Positions 13,441 to 26,854 of a stretch of 64,000 nt of DNA are shown here, one piece after another; position 1 is the stretch's first letter; each line of letters starts with the position of its first letter. Origin of the DNA: the human T2T-CHM13v2.0 reference genome, Homo sapiens. A model generated the notes under the pieces. The model was not told where the DNA came from. It saw only the letters and a list, made by a program, of their open reading frames with translations, and did not search any database. The position numbers and the translations under genes were made by a program. The stretch is taken from assembly GCF_009914755.1 (NCBI RefSeq), contig NC_060928.1; one strand, written 5' to 3'.

Positions 13441-14247
13441 GTGAGTTTTATACTATATGTCTTGTCTCTGCTTGCATTTCCTTGTCTGTGTCCCATTTTT
13501 GTTAAATGGTTGATAACTTTTTATTTATATTCTTCCTAGTACCTAGGGGCTTTGGGGTGAGTCTGAGCCTACTTAGACAGCTCAGGACCAGGACATTAGG
13601 TTGAGATGAGAGAAGTTTTGGGAGGTGAGGAGACCCAAAAGAGAATGGTGGCTGGGTCTGAGACATATTTAGGTTAATTGAGAATCTGAACTGCTCTGGA
13701 TGTTTCAAACCAGGGTTATAAAACCCACAAGTGCTTTAGAAATAATTCATCCATTGGTCTTTGACTTTAACAATGAGGAGATAAATTTTATCTCTAGTGC
13801 TTGCAAAGATAAATTTTATCTCTAGTGCTCACCCTAATCAATTAGTAATGGGTGCTAAGGCAATGTCTTGAGAAAAATTTTGAGATTTCAGGTAGATCAG
13901 CAGGAAAGAGTTCTATCATGAATTATCTATGCCTGCCATGAGCTTACAGTAGGAAGTGGTGGCCTTACACAGCATGTCTTACTATAATAATTATGGAAGA
14001 AAGCACACCTCTCAGTTTTGTTTTTTTCACATCCAGGACTTTGGGGCTCTTAAAATATCACCCTAAGATTTTCAAAGTGATCATGTAGGCTGTGCACCAA
14101 CTATTTGATAAAGACTTCTATAAAAACAACAACAACAGCAATGGTGGCAATACTTTTTGTAGCTATTCATATCATATTAGCAAATTACTCCCACTTGTTC
14201 TACTTGCTGTTCAAATTATTTTTGTGGTTTATCAATTCTCTTTCCAG

Positions 14248-14377
14248 ATATATTGCGATACTCAGTCAAAAATTCCCCAAGATTGAATTTAAGGAGCTTA
14301 TTTCTCTTGTAGAAGATGTTTCTTCCAACTATGATGGATGCTGTGAAGGGGATGTTGTGCAGTGCATCCGTGACACG
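14248..14377 (+). CDS. AFM: AFM exon 7 (YIAILSQKFPKIEF...CCEGDVVQCIRDT), 130 nt
   Basis: tttccag acceptor, GTGAAT donor; LSQKFPK albumin motif. Confidence 0.97.
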
Positions 14378-14940
14378 GTGAATATTCTCTAAAACCAAGT
14401 TAAAATAGTGATTTTTGGCAATTATCATTTTTTTATTCTCAAGTTGCCCTGATATGTGGTTACTTTGCCACAATGAAATCAGAATGTGATTTAACTTTTG
14501 AATGAAAGCATAAAATGAAATATAAACATTTTCATAAATAAACCTTGGGATTTTTTATACTTGGAATTTTTAAAGATTACTGAATAGATTGTATATTATA
14601 TGGCTAAATGTCTTGATGTAAAACTTCAGAAATTTCAAATTTTTCATAGTTCATTTAGTACAGATTGAAGTTTTCTCTTACATTATAAATCCTCTTTTAG
14701 AGAGGTTGGAAACAAATAGTAAATTTCAAGGAATGACTTGTTAACATTATGTTTTTAAGAGCTGATTTCCCTGAGCTTCCTTACGCTATTCAGGTATAGT
14801 CCTTCCAAATAAGTGGATACATTAATTTAACTTTTCTTTTCCCTTTCTCTTTTGGTTCCTTTTTCCTTACCTTCTCCCTTCCCTTTTCCTGTTCCCTCCC
14901 TTTTCCCTTTCATTTCTTTCCACGTTCCCTTTCCTTTCTG

Positions 14941-15280
14941 GCCTTTAACTGACAATTAAAAATTGTATATTCTCATGGTATACAACATGATATATATGTA
15001 TGTGTATATATAACATGTTATATATGCATATATATTAATGTATACATGCACACACATTGTGGAATGTCTAAATCAAACTATTTAAGATATGCATTACCTC
15101 ACATACTTATTTTTTTGTGGTGAGAATACTCCAAATCTTAGCAATTTTAAAGTACTCAATATAGTGGTATGAATTCATCATTGAATCACTATGATGTACA
15201 AGAGATGTCTTGAATGTATTCCTTCTGTCCTAATGAAATTTTGTGTCCTTTAACCAACATCTCCCCAATTCCCAGCCTCT
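14941..15280 (-). mobile_element. L1MA-type 3' end fragment
   Basis: aattgtatattctcatggtatacaacatga...catctccccaattcccagcctct, similar to 6050-6650. Confidence 0.7.
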
Positions 15281-15358
15281 AGAAATCTTTAAAGTGATTT
15301 TCCAAGGAAAAGTATTGGTACGAATATTGTTGGCATAGTTTGAATTGTTCATGCATTC

Positions 15359-15612
15359 TGTTCTCACTCATAAGTGGGAGTTGAACAATGAGAACACATG
15401 GACACAGGGAGGGGAACAACACAGGCCAGGGCCTGTTGGGTTGAGATTGGGTGCTGAAAGGAGAGCATCAAAGTAGCTCATGCATGCGGGGCTTAAAACC
15501 TAGGTGATAAGTTGACAGGTGCAGCAAATCTCCATGGCACACGTATACCTATGTAACAAGCCTGTACATTCTGCACATCTGCCCATGTATCCCGGAACTT
15601 AAAGTGAAAAAA
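15359..15612 (+). mobile_element. 5'-truncated L1PA 3' end with TSD
   Basis: tgttctcactcataagtgggagttgaacaatgagaacacatggacacaggg...aacttaaagt + A tail; TSD aattgttcatgcattc (15343-15358) / aattgctcatgcattc (15613-15628). Confidence 0.9.
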
Positions 15613-15654
15613 AATTGCTCATGCATTCAAAGGTAATATAATTTTATTAAAAAA

Positions 15655-15830
15655 ATAACTGAGTATGATAGGTTGCACCTGTAATTGCAGCTACTCAGGA
15701 CTCAGGAAGCTAAGGAGGGAGGCTTGCTTGAGTCCAGGAGTTCGAGGATACAGTACAGTGAGCTACCAACACCCTCAGCAACAGAATGAAACCTTATTTC
15801 AAAAAAAAAAAAAAAAGAAAGAAAGAAAGA
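15655..15830 (+). mobile_element. Alu right-monomer (FRAM-like)
   Basis: cacctgtaattgcagctactcagga...gcttgagtccaggagttcgagg + A tail. Confidence 0.75.
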
Positions 15831-16027
15831 TTCAACTTTTAGGCTTACAGTGAAGATAGCATGTCAATTAAATAACTTGAATTTTAGGGTATTGAGAAAT
15901 GTTTATTTCAAACAATGGACAACAGATGTTCCCAATAATTATTTTTGCTCCTAACTGTACCCAAGTTAAATCAATCTCCTTTGCGATTTATTTTTGTATT
16001 GCTTGATTGTTCTTGGTGATGTAGGAT

Positions 16028-16249
16028 TTTGTTTGTTTGTTTGTTTTTTGAGACGGAGTCTGGCTCTGTCACCCAGGCTGGAGTGCAGTGACAATGATCT
16101 CGGCTCACTGCAAGCTCCGCCTCCTGGGTTCACGCCATTCTCCTGCCTCAGCCTCCTGAGTAGCTGGGACTACAGGTGTCTGCCACCACACCCCGCTAAT
16201 GTTTTTTGTATTTTTAGTAGAGACGGGGTTTCACTGTATTAGCCAGGAT
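16028..16249 (-). mobile_element. 5'-truncated AluY-like element
   Basis: gagacggagtctggctc...caagctccgcctcctgggttcacgccattc (AluY diagnostics), stops at agccaggatg. Confidence 0.9.
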
Positions 16250-16913
16250 GTATGTTTTATAATGTGAAATCTAAGGTACTGAATTAGGATATAATTATAG
16301 ATTTTCTGTGAAATTTGAGGCTTAGGTTAAGGGATTATGTCTCAAATTTCCTTCTTTTTAATGTCTTTTTGGAGAAATAAGAGGAATTGAATTACAGTTA
16401 ACTGAAAATAGAAGTAACTTCCCAGAGGATAAGAGATGCTCTGCCTAGAACAATGCTGGCATTACATGAGATGTAAATGTCTTTTTGAAGATTGGCTTCC
16501 TGGTTCTATGTGGTTTGTTGGAAACATGGTGCCGATCCCCATTTTATTTTTTACCTCAGTCCTGAGCTTCATCTTATTCCTTATCCTCCATGTTCACCAG
16601 AAGATTCGTCAGTGGAAATAGCTTGAGTAAAGTCATAAAGGCTTGAAATAGTCTAGTGTGTTGCTGTAACTCAACATAATTCAAGTGAGGCTGAAACGGA
16701 GAGGGGAAATAATGTGCAGTCTCATTCTAGAGTCTGGAAGGGCCCAGAACAGTTTTTAAAAATTATTCAACTAATGTGTAAATAAGATAACCCCACCCTC
16801 TCTCTAATTCCCAACTCTTATGTAGAGGTTAGAACTGGGGCAATTGGTAGGGATGGGGACAGAATAAAGTTGTCCATTTGAGCAGTATTTGCTAACCTGA
16901 ACAGCTTCAAATG

Positions 16914-16958
16914 AATGATATCCATTAGAAAATGATATCCATTAGAAAATGATACCAT
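16914..16958. repeat. 17-bp tandem repeat (aatgatatccattagaa) x ~2.6
   Basis: direct reading. Confidence 0.85.
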
Positions 16959-17484
16959 GAGTGGAATAGCTTCTTATATTTGATGAATCGTCATCTGGTA
17001 GTTGCTGTAGTTCACTCACTTGTCATTCTTTCATTCATTTATCAAATATTTATTTTGATTTTGCCATGTGCTCAGCCACAAGAGAAGACCAGGATTATAG
17101 ATATTATAGTAACATGTCTTTGGTGGCCTCCACTGAAAACACAAGTGGACTCTTATGGAAAAGAAACAACATTTAGAATATAAGATGTAAATATATCAAT
17201 GTAGGAGGGTTATTTAAAAGACTAATGCTTAATAATGGATGTGAATCTATAGTACAGCCTATTTTTTCATAATTATATCATCTTAAATCCTGAGAAGTTT
17301 TAATGTAAAACTTCATGTGCATTAAGTAAATCCAAAATTTAATTCAAACAAATATTATCTAGCAAATTAATTGATGAAGTGATTCCAGATGCTGCGATCA
17401 TGACTGGTTTTGCATGCCATCATTCCATAATGGAAGAAAACCCAGCCTGAAAGTAAAATAATCTCTCATTCTTATTTGGTACAG

Positions 17485-17699
17485 AGCAAGGTTATGAACC
17501 ATATTTGTTCAAAACAAGATTCTATCTCCAGCAAAATCAAAGAGTGCTGTGAAAAGAAAATACCAGAGCGCGGCCAGTGCATAATTAACTCAAACAAAGA
17601 TGATAGACCAAAGGATTTATCTCTAAGAGAAGGAAAATTTACTGACAGTGAAAATGTGTGTCAAGAACGAGATGCTGACCCAGACACCTTCTTTGCGAA
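17485..17699 (+). CDS. AFM: AFM exon 8 (SKVMNHICSKQDSISSKIKECC...DPDTFFAK), 215 nt
   Basis: tacag acceptor, GTAATA donor; ORF 17476..17703. Confidence 0.97.
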
Positions 17700-17889
17700 G
17701 TAATATAACTCTTTATTGAATTTATAAGGGAAACAGAAAGAAACTTATAAGATTTGACTTTTGTTGCTAATTTAGGTGGAAGGACATGGTACCGTTTATT
17801 TCACTAGGTATCATATAATTTTTTTTTAAATCATGGCTATAGAGTGTAGTTTTCACACAATTTTAAGAAAAAATCAACTGTATTATTAA

Positions 17890-18140
17890 AATAATCGCTA
17901 GCATTTATTGAGCACTTAATATATGCCAGTCATGGGACTATATACTTTATACAGATAAACTATTTTAATTCTTACAGCAATCATACAAAATAAGTACAAT
18001 TTCTCCCAGTTTTTCAGATGAGCAAGCTGAGATACAATGAAGTGAATTGTTCAGATTCACAGCTAAAAAGTGACAGAGTAAGAATTTGACTCCAGGAAGC
18101 CTGGCCTAGCAAGTTGCAGGCTTAACTGCTATGCTATGCC
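17890..18140. mobile_element. MIR
   Basis: gctagcatttattgagcactta...cccagtttttcagatgagcaagctgaga core. Confidence 0.65.
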
Positions 18141-18285
18141 ATCTACAACTGTTAAGGGGAAGACTAGTGAACCTGGAGCCACAGGGACTATATTTGAGTT
18201 CTGGTTGAGTTGCTGGGACAAGTTAACCTTTCTGTGCTTTTTTTTTTTGTCATATATAAAATTCATATAAGAATACTCATTCATC

Positions 18286-18422
18286 TATAATCCCAGCTAA
18301 TCAGGAGGCTGAGGCAGAGAATTGCTTGAACCTGGGAGGCAGAGGTTGCCGTGAGCCGAGATCACGCACTGCACTCCAGCCTGGGCGACAGAGTGAGACT
18401 GTCTCAAAAAAAAAAAAAAAAA
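18286..18422 (+). mobile_element. Alu right arm (5'-truncated)
   Basis: taatcccagctaatcaggaggctgaggcagagaattgcttgaacc...actgtctc + A tail; imperfect TSD aagaatactcatt/aagaatatttatt. Confidence 0.9.
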
Positions 18423-18599
18423 GAATATTTATTAATTTAAAGTTTATTAGTAATGTAATATAATCCAGGGACTTTACTGTTTTTTTTTTTTGTTGTTGTT
18501 TGTTTTTTTTATCTCCTGGAAGCCTTCATCTATAGAGAGTATAAAGTGAGAAGAGACAAACATAAATAAATAAGTGCAAAAAATGTTCTTTTATTTCTA

Positions 18600-19365
18600 A
18601 TAGCATCCTGTTCTAGGTAATGCAGGGGAACAGAAGAAGAAATGGTCAGTTGTATATAGGGACCCTGGAAAGGCTTAATAGGGAAGTGGTACTTGAAGAA
18701 ATTTTGGTAATCTAGATAGGTAGAGCATGAATTGAAGTTTATAATGGTTTGTTGTGTATGTGGCTGTGAGTAGGGCATCTGCAGCGAGAGACCAGCATGG
18801 TGAGAGGTAGGTGGGGCCAGATCATGCAGGCATGCTAAGTAATGGGATGCCACTGAATGGTTTTAATGGAAGAATGAGGAAGGACAAATTCACTTTCAGT
18901 TTTTAGAAACCTCATCTGAAGAAAATCCCAGTTTGGGGCTTGGATAACTGGGTGGGTAGTTTTCCCATTCAATGTGAAAAAGTAGCAGGTTTTGTGAGAA
19001 AGATAATATGTTTAAGTATGAGCACATTGACTTTGAGGTACCAGTAGAATAACTAATTGGAACTATCAGAAGAGAATTTTATATGTGAACCTGTAGCTCT
19101 GGAAGGGAATCTGGCTTGAAATCTAGGACATAACAACAACTAATGTTTACTGAATACTTACTAAATTTTAAGTGCCTCTCATCTACTAACCAACCAAATT
19201 TTAAAAACAACCCTCTGAAGTTAGTATACTTTTATAATCTTTATTTTTCAGATAATAAAACAGGCACAGAGAGGTTAAGTAATTTACCCGAAGTCACACA
19301 TGTGGTGTGGCCAGGATTCAAATGCAAGCAGTGTGGCTCCAAACTCCTAGTCTTATAACTACTGT
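18600..19365. mobile_element. L2 fragment (~18600-19120) followed by MIR (~19135-19365)
   Basis: L2-like ggggccagatcatgcagg...ccactgaatggtttta; MIR core ggcacagagaggttaagtaatttacccgaagtcacac. Confidence 0.55.
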
Positions 19366-19673
19366 CCTCTACGGCTTCTCATGGTTGTGGATATTAAATC
19401 AAGTTCAATTAAACAAAATGATAGATTGTACCTGACATATGTGTTTGATAGATAAAAGCCATTTTTATAATCGTCACTATTACAACATAAAAAGTGTTTG
19501 AAACATGGGGAGAAATGATAGAGTAACAGTGAGCACACCAAGTCAGAGTGCTCAGTGTTTTAAGGTAGAGTCTTTCTGGATGTGAACATTTTAGGCAAGT
19601 CCTCAGTGGCTTCTCCAGCCTAGAGTAAGCTTCCAGGGATTTTTCTTCACAGTATTTTGAGACATGTTTTTAG

Positions 19674-19696
19674 GTGTGTGTGTGTGTGTGTGTGTG
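19674..19696. repeat. (TG)n microsatellite
   Basis: direct reading. Confidence 0.9.
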
Positions 19697-20908
19697 TTAC
19701 TCCCCCACTCCCAGAGAAGAAGTCCATGGCTTACATCAGATATTAAGAGGAGCCCTGATTCTCTGAACGTTAAGCACTACTGCCATGGGATATGGGAATA
19801 TATCTCACAAATGGAATTGAAAAAGCAAATGGGAAGCTGGAGAGATGGTTTCAGAAAAACCAAGATTAATCAAGAAGGTCAAATCCTGAAAAAATAGGGG
19901 TGGGGAGGGGATGAAAAGAGTTACCTGGTCATGAAAAACTTGTGAGGTATTGCGCTCACAAAACGTGGAAGATCTGAACTTATTGTGAATGAATAGATGA
20001 GTTTTCTTTTTTTTATGAAGACTGTAAATAGCCCAGCTGAGGTACTTCAAGATGACATCTCTGTCTTGAGAAAAGAGTTCGCTTGGTAAAGAATGGAGTA
20101 AACATCCCAGGGGACTTAGGGTCAAATTTTATATCTTCCATTGATAGGAAGGTGCTTAACCAGTCTGTGATTTAGTTTCCTCAGTTGTAAAACAGTACAT
20201 ATTTTGGGGACTAAGTGAAGTGAAATGAGAAAGTGTTTATAAAGTCCAGGAAGCACATCTATATCTGTTATGCCCAAAGTTTGATCCAGTGCCTAGCACC
20301 TACTAAGGGCTTAATAACTGTTAGCCTTCTTCCTCTCTCTTTCTTTCCAAATCACACCCACCTATGCTCTTGAAGTCCTTGACAGAGGATTTGGAAGCCA
20401 CTGCCAGTGATTTGGAGCTGAAGGCGTAAACACTCCCATAGTTGGCAAGTGACAGGATGTAGTAATGGGCAAAGCTTGCTCCCTATCTCTCACGAAGACC
20501 ACATTGTGGGCGGGAAGGAAGCCATATTCCCAGCATGTCAAGTTGGAAATCTGAATGCATCTTCAAACATAATTATAAGCAATATGTATTTTTTAAAGTA
20601 TATTCACAATTTATTATTTCCAATGTTTTATAGATTAAATCATTCCAATAATTAGTTCCAAATAATTCTACTAATTCTCTCTTCTCAAATAAAAAATATT
20701 GTTAATCTAAAACGTACCATGGAAGAGAACTTTTGTAAAATGATCTATAGCCAAAATGTCCTCTTAAATTACTCTGTGACCAAGACAGAGGAGAAAATTA
20801 GCTTTTGAAAGCAGAGTCAGTATTAGATCTGACTGGATTACAAAATAGTGGAATTGGGTTTTTTGCTCTTTCTCTAATTTCTAATATACAAAATTTTACA
20901 CATTGCAG

Positions 20909-21041
20909 GTTTACTTTTGAATACTCAAGGAGACATCCAGACCTGTCTATACCAGAGCTTTTAAGAATTGTTCAAATATACAAAGATCTCCTGAGAAATT
21001 GCTGCAACACAGAAAACCCTCCAGGTTGTTACCGTTACGCG
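20909..21041 (+). CDS. AFM: AFM exon 9 (FTFEYSRRHPDLSIPELL...CCNTENPPGCYRYA), 133 nt
   Basis: tgcag acceptor, GTAGGT donor; EYSRRHP motif. Confidence 0.97.
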
Positions 21042-21660
21042 GTAGGTTCCATTGTTGTAGGTTCAGAAAATCAAAAAAGAACAACTAGAAAACACTTAAA
21101 AATTGATATCAGAGTTTTGCTGCAGTCTGGGGGTAGAAAATGTGATTGGCTAATCTGAGTCCACTGTAGATTCAGCCTAAGAAGATTATTGGGAAGGCCA
21201 ATGTCATCAGTTTGGCTGATGCATAATGTTTTGGACTACTAATCCAATGTGTTAATTCAAAAAAGTCTTCCCATTAAACATTTTAAATTTACATTTTTCT
21301 TTATGTATTCTGTATTTTATTAAGCCGTATTGGATATTACATGATTTCAAAAGCAATGATTGCTGTAGATGACTAGGAAAATATTCTGTATTTTATTAAG
21401 CCATATTGGATTCTTTATGGTTTCAAAAGTAATGATTGATTGTTGTTGATTATTAGGAAAGCAACAAAGGTTACAAAGAACCCTTTTCTGATTCTCCCAC
21501 TGGGAAATAGCTATAATTAACATTTGTGTTCAACTCTTCAGTACATATACGTATATATACGTGTATTTTAAAAATAAGATTGGCATAATTCCTAGAAAAT
21601 GTTTGGACCTGTTTTTTTATTTGGTATCATAGAAAACTTTTTTGTTGTTGTTGTTATAAA

Positions 21661-21835
21661 TTGTGCTTCCTTGGTTTCCTGCTGTTGCCACAAAGGGAGC
21701 GGCTTAAACCAACAAAAATTTATTCTCTCACAAGAGGCCAGAAGCCTGAAATGAGTCTCATGGGGCTAACATCAGGTGTCAGAAGGGCTGTGTTCCCTCT
21801 AGGGAAGCTAGTCCTTGACTCTTCTTGTGTCTAGT
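21661..21835 (-). mobile_element. MLT1-type LTR fragment within old L1ME-like sequence (~21500-22480)
   Basis: ggcttaaaccaacaaaaatttattctctcaca...gaggccagaagcctgaaat. Confidence 0.55.
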
Positions 21836-23260
21836 ATAGAAAACTTTTTACGTCATTAAACAGACTTGAAAATAAACTTCTTTTTAAATGATGGTATCCC
21901 ATCATAATTATTTAATTTATTTAACTGATTTCCTACTGTGTGTTTGACATTTTGGATGTTTGCTTAGGGTGTTTTTCACTTTGTAAGTGACCCTGAGATG
22001 AACGTCTCCTTCCATTTATCTTTATTAATATTTATGGCTTTTTTCTTAGGATGGATTATCAGAAGGAAAATTATTGGATCAAAATATATGAACTTTAAAA
22101 AACATTTAACACAAATTGTTGAATTACTGTCAAGAAAGTTGTTTCTGGTGTCTGGCCCCACAACAGTGCTTGGAAATGCTCATTTCAATGTCACTTTTAC
22201 CAACATTGCACATGGAAATTAACTTTGCTAGATTTATATGTAAATAACAGTGTTTGTGTTTTTAAAACACCTTTATTTGATTTTTAAATTGTTAAATTTT
22301 TTCCATATGATTTTAGCTATTTACACATTTTCTGTGAAAAATCTGTTCATGTGTACTACCCATTTTCCTGTTGAAATTAGTGTTTTTCATATAAATTCAT
22401 ATGTATTTCTGAATACATATTAGAGAAATTAATAATTTGACATTTTTTGATTTATTTCTCCTTCCTTTGATATGTGCTACTTTTGCTTTAGCAAAACATT
22501 TTTTTTCACTTGCCACAAACACCAGTTTATACCCACTCAAATTTGAGCAATGGAATAAGACTTGGATCCCTGCTCTGTAACTGTCCCTAATGAGGTAGTC
22601 TGTTTCTGATCCTTAAATTAATCATAGCGCTAGAAAATTCTCTCTTTTCATGGAGATACAATTTGCTCCACAATAGCTATCCACTGGTGTTTAGTTCTCT
22701 GTCTGGTGGCCACTCAGAAGATGTCCAATTTTATGCCACATGAGAGATAGTCCATCAAATATTTGAAGAAAACTGTTGGAGGTTTTAAGTTCCAAATCTA
22801 AACAATGAAAAAATCAAAAAGAGCAACATGATTTAAAATGTTCTGTAACAACACTTACTAGCTGGGGTATTCTGGGTAAGTCACTTAATTTCACAAGGCC
22901 AGTTGCCTTTACTTAAAAATGGAGATAACAACTGCTCTTGCCACTTCAAAGTGACAACTGAATGTTATTATTTTCAACATACAATTTAAATTCTATTTTG
23001 TAATTTGGAAGGCTCTGAAATATGTACAAGGTGATAATAAAAAAATTTGGACTTTTAAATTTAGCAAGAAATATATTTTTATATACATAATTAAAAAATT
23101 AAGTTCTTGCACGTGCTTGTAAAAAGTGCCCTGAATTTAGTGTAATAATGAGAATTTGAAAATACCATAGAAACAAGAAATGCTATTCTACACATTGATG
23201 TAAAGCTTATGGTTAAATTTTAGATAAAATGTTTGTAACCATGATTATTCTTATTTTCAG

Positions 23261-23358
23261 GAAGACAAATTCAATGAGACAACTGAGAAAAGCCTCAAGA
23301 TGGTACAACAAGAATGTAAACATTTCCAGAATTTGGGGAAGGATGGTTTGAAATACCA
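23261..23358 (+). CDS. AFM: AFM exon 10 (EDKFNETTEKSLKMVQQECKHFQNLGKDGLKYH), 98 nt
   Basis: ttttcag acceptor, GTATGT donor. Confidence 0.96.
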
Positions 23359-23862
23359 GTATGTTGTTTGCACAAGTGGGCTAACACTTGCCACTAGAAT
23401 TGAATACATAATCCCTCGAAGCGTAAAAAAGTTAGCTGTCAAGTTTTTCAGTTATGGCCGATTCATAAACTCTTGGAAGAATTTTTTTTTAAAGTCAAGA
23501 ATGCCTATTGAACTGTCACATTAATCTTTTATCAGAAATGAAGCTAAAAATAAAAGAAATACAGGATTCTGGAGACATTGATTCTCTAATGCTTTGGTTT
23601 CTGTTTGACATTGGCTTTCTCACTGCCAATCTAGAATCCCTGCATCCTCACCCATTTCAAAGTGGGACACTGCATATTTCAGGTCATTACAGTTTCTTTG
23701 GGGAAGAGATAGTTTGCCTTGCCTTGCCTTACGGCTATCTTACCTGAGTTTATAGAAATAACTCAGGATGTGTTTAACACTTTAATATTTAGCTTTTTAG
23801 TGCTCTTGTGAGCATTTGTGAATAATATGCAGTTTGGGTTTTTTTCAATTATTATGTCAATG

Positions 23863-24188
<326 letters not shown>

Positions 24189-24722
24189 TCATGCTAATGT
24201 ATTATTTATTGAAACTAAACATCTTTAAATCAAAATAAAACACAGTTTAAAAATATCTGACTTTCCTATTTCTGCAATTTGGCTGTTAGCTGACAATTCA
24301 AACTTAGTTCATTAAAAATCTTAGTTTTCTTCATCTCAGATTATCCTTTCACAACATATATTGATTAAATTCTTTCTTTAAAATATTTTCTAATGATGTA
24401 AATTATTTTAAGCAAGATTTTAGATACTAGCCAATGTATTTGCTGTCAAGGAGCTCCTATACTTAAAGATAACACGGGGAGGCAAATCTAAGAGCTTCTG
24501 AGACAACCGTGAAATTAGAAAGGAAGCTAAAATAGATATAGGAAGCAGGGTGCAGGAAAACAGGAAGTAAAGACATATTTCTCTACTTTATGAGAGAGCT
24601 AAGGTTCATGTTGCACCTATATTGGTTGTCGCTAGCCTTGAAGGGTCTGGGCTTCAGCAGTAATTCAAGGGAAAATGGGTATCTGCTTTCATTCAGAACC
24701 AAACAGACAAATGTTCTTTCAG

Positions 24723-24855
24723 TTACCTCATCAGGCTCACGAAGATAGCTCCCCAACTCTCCACTGAAGAACTGGTGTCTCTTGGCGAGAAAATGGTGAC
24801 AGCTTTCACTACTTGCTGTACGCTAAGTGAAGAGTTTGCCTGTGTTGATAATTTG
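24723..24855 (+). CDS. AFM: AFM exon 11 (YLIRLTKIAPQLSTEELV...CCTLSEEFACVDNL), 133 nt
   Basis: ctttcag acceptor, GTGAGC donor; TK-APQLS motif. Confidence 0.96.
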
Positions 24856-25611
24856 GTGAGCATGGCCTGTGTACCAGACTACTCTTTTTTTTTTTTTTAA
24901 AAAAAAGAATATTTGCACTCATTGATTTACCGTGATTATCCATATTCCTTTCTTCACTGTTTTAATATTGTTAAGCAAAAATTGTCAAGTTTTCCTTTTG
25001 GCTCACTTTGTGAAAACCCTAAGAAGTAAAACAGAATGTCTTCAATATTTTTGGAGAGTACTTCAAATTATCTTTCTTATTTCTTCATTGTATTAGAAGG
25101 GATTTGTTAGGACAAATGATTTAGGAATCATAATATTGTTTCAAAATGATACAGGAAACTTTATAATTTTAAGTAAGGTTACAGATTCTTCCTCTTGGCC
25201 CCATTGCTTCATCCAGCAATCAGGCATTGAATACATCTCTTTAGGGCTGGGGTGGAGAGTACCTTGAGGCAGATGCCAGGAGGGGAAGAAACCCCTGTAC
25301 CACAGTGTTTGATCGCCCCTTTCAGTTGGCTTTTTGCAGCTGTCTGTTTGCAATTGAAAGTTTGTTTATATGCCACCAAGAAATTAATTTGTAGGCATCT
25401 AAATTCTTATGGCTTGGATTTTGGTCATAATGCCATTTAGGACCCCAGCTTCTAGTTTTACTTGTATATAGGGATATGTCATGAGTGCATGTGTTTTATG
25501 AGTGAGGTTAACAGTGATCTTAGAAAGATCTAAGTATTCATCTAACCATATTTTTAGAAATTCCATTCAAGTTTTAAGATCGTATCTCAGTTGCAACTCT
25601 TGTTGGTACAG

Positions 25612-25835
25612 GCAGATTTAGTTTTTGGAGAGTTATGTGGAGTAAATGAAAATCGAACTATCAACCCTGCTGTGGACCACTGCTGTAAAACAAACTTTGC
25701 CTTCAGAAGGCCCTGCTTTGAGAGTTTGAAAGCTGATAAAACATATGTGCCTCCACCTTTCTCTCAAGATTTATTTACCTTTCACGCAGACATGTGTCAA
25801 TCTCAGAATGAGGAGCTTCAGAGGAAGACAGACAG
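25612..25835 (+). CDS. AFM: AFM exon 12 (ADLVFGELCGVNENRTINPAVDHCC...QRKTDR), 224 nt
   Basis: tacag acceptor, GTACAA donor; ORF 25591..25845; RRPCF motif. Confidence 0.97.
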
Positions 25836-26854
25836 GTACAAATAATCTCTTCCATTCTTCTTTTTCTTTGGTTTGAAGACACACCATGTATTAGTGAGAA
25901 GGTTTATCTAGTGGATATGTCTTTTTGATATCACAATCCTGTTCCTTCCACCAAATTGTCCAGTCTCTTCTATATGGAAAAATACAAGTGCATATTTTTT
26001 TTTTTGCCATTGTTTATATCTAGCTTGTCTTTTCATTTGAAAGAGACTTGGAATGTCCAAGTCTAACATTACCTTTAGAAAGTTTACAGCAGCCAGCAAA
26101 AAGGCTCATAGGCAGGCTGATAATGAATTTCATTTCCTTGAGGGAATGCCCGGAGAATATCATTTAGTGTTTACAAAGGAGAGGCCTAAAGGGCCAGGAA
26201 GTTTACTTTCATTTTCTCAATAAATGCTTTAAAATGCCAGGAAATTAGACCTAGTTTTTTGGATTTAGACAGAGTCTGCCTAATGTGTAGTGGAGACAAC
26301 ATTCAGCTACCAAATATGAGGAAATGGAGGTTGTTTTGGACATGAATTTTCTGGAAAGATCAGACGTAGTCATGTATACCATAATACTTGGCATAATAAA
26401 GGCCTAATATATGTTTTCATTTTTAAATAGAATAATACTCTTATTATGTGCAATATTCATAGATTCACAGTGCAATACACTCTTGTATTTTCCAGTCCAT
26501 CCTATTCTAGTCTGGTCTATTTTATTCTTTTTAACTATCCTGTTTTCATTTTAAAAATGAAAGCGAGAAAATGCAAATTTTTGTTAATTCTTAGATCGAA
26601 GGATGGGCATACGGGACTTATTACATTTTCCTCTTTGGTGCATTAAAATTTTATTACTTAAAATAATTACTCTAAAAATGTACTCTAAAATGTACTTTTA
26701 AGACATCAATGGGTTGCCCCCTGAAGTTTGGAATTCTATAAGTTACTAGAATACTGGAATTCTAGAATTTACTAGAAAATAAGGAAATCATTATTGTCTA
26801 TGGCTGTTGTCACACTTAATTGTGATAGCTTATTTTTTTAATTGCTCCTTTGAC

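Noticed and set aside
13779-21460. Short direct repeats (13779, 16914, 21306) as CRISPR-like arrays
   Set aside because: Only 2-3 copies, no unique spacers, eukaryotic intron context
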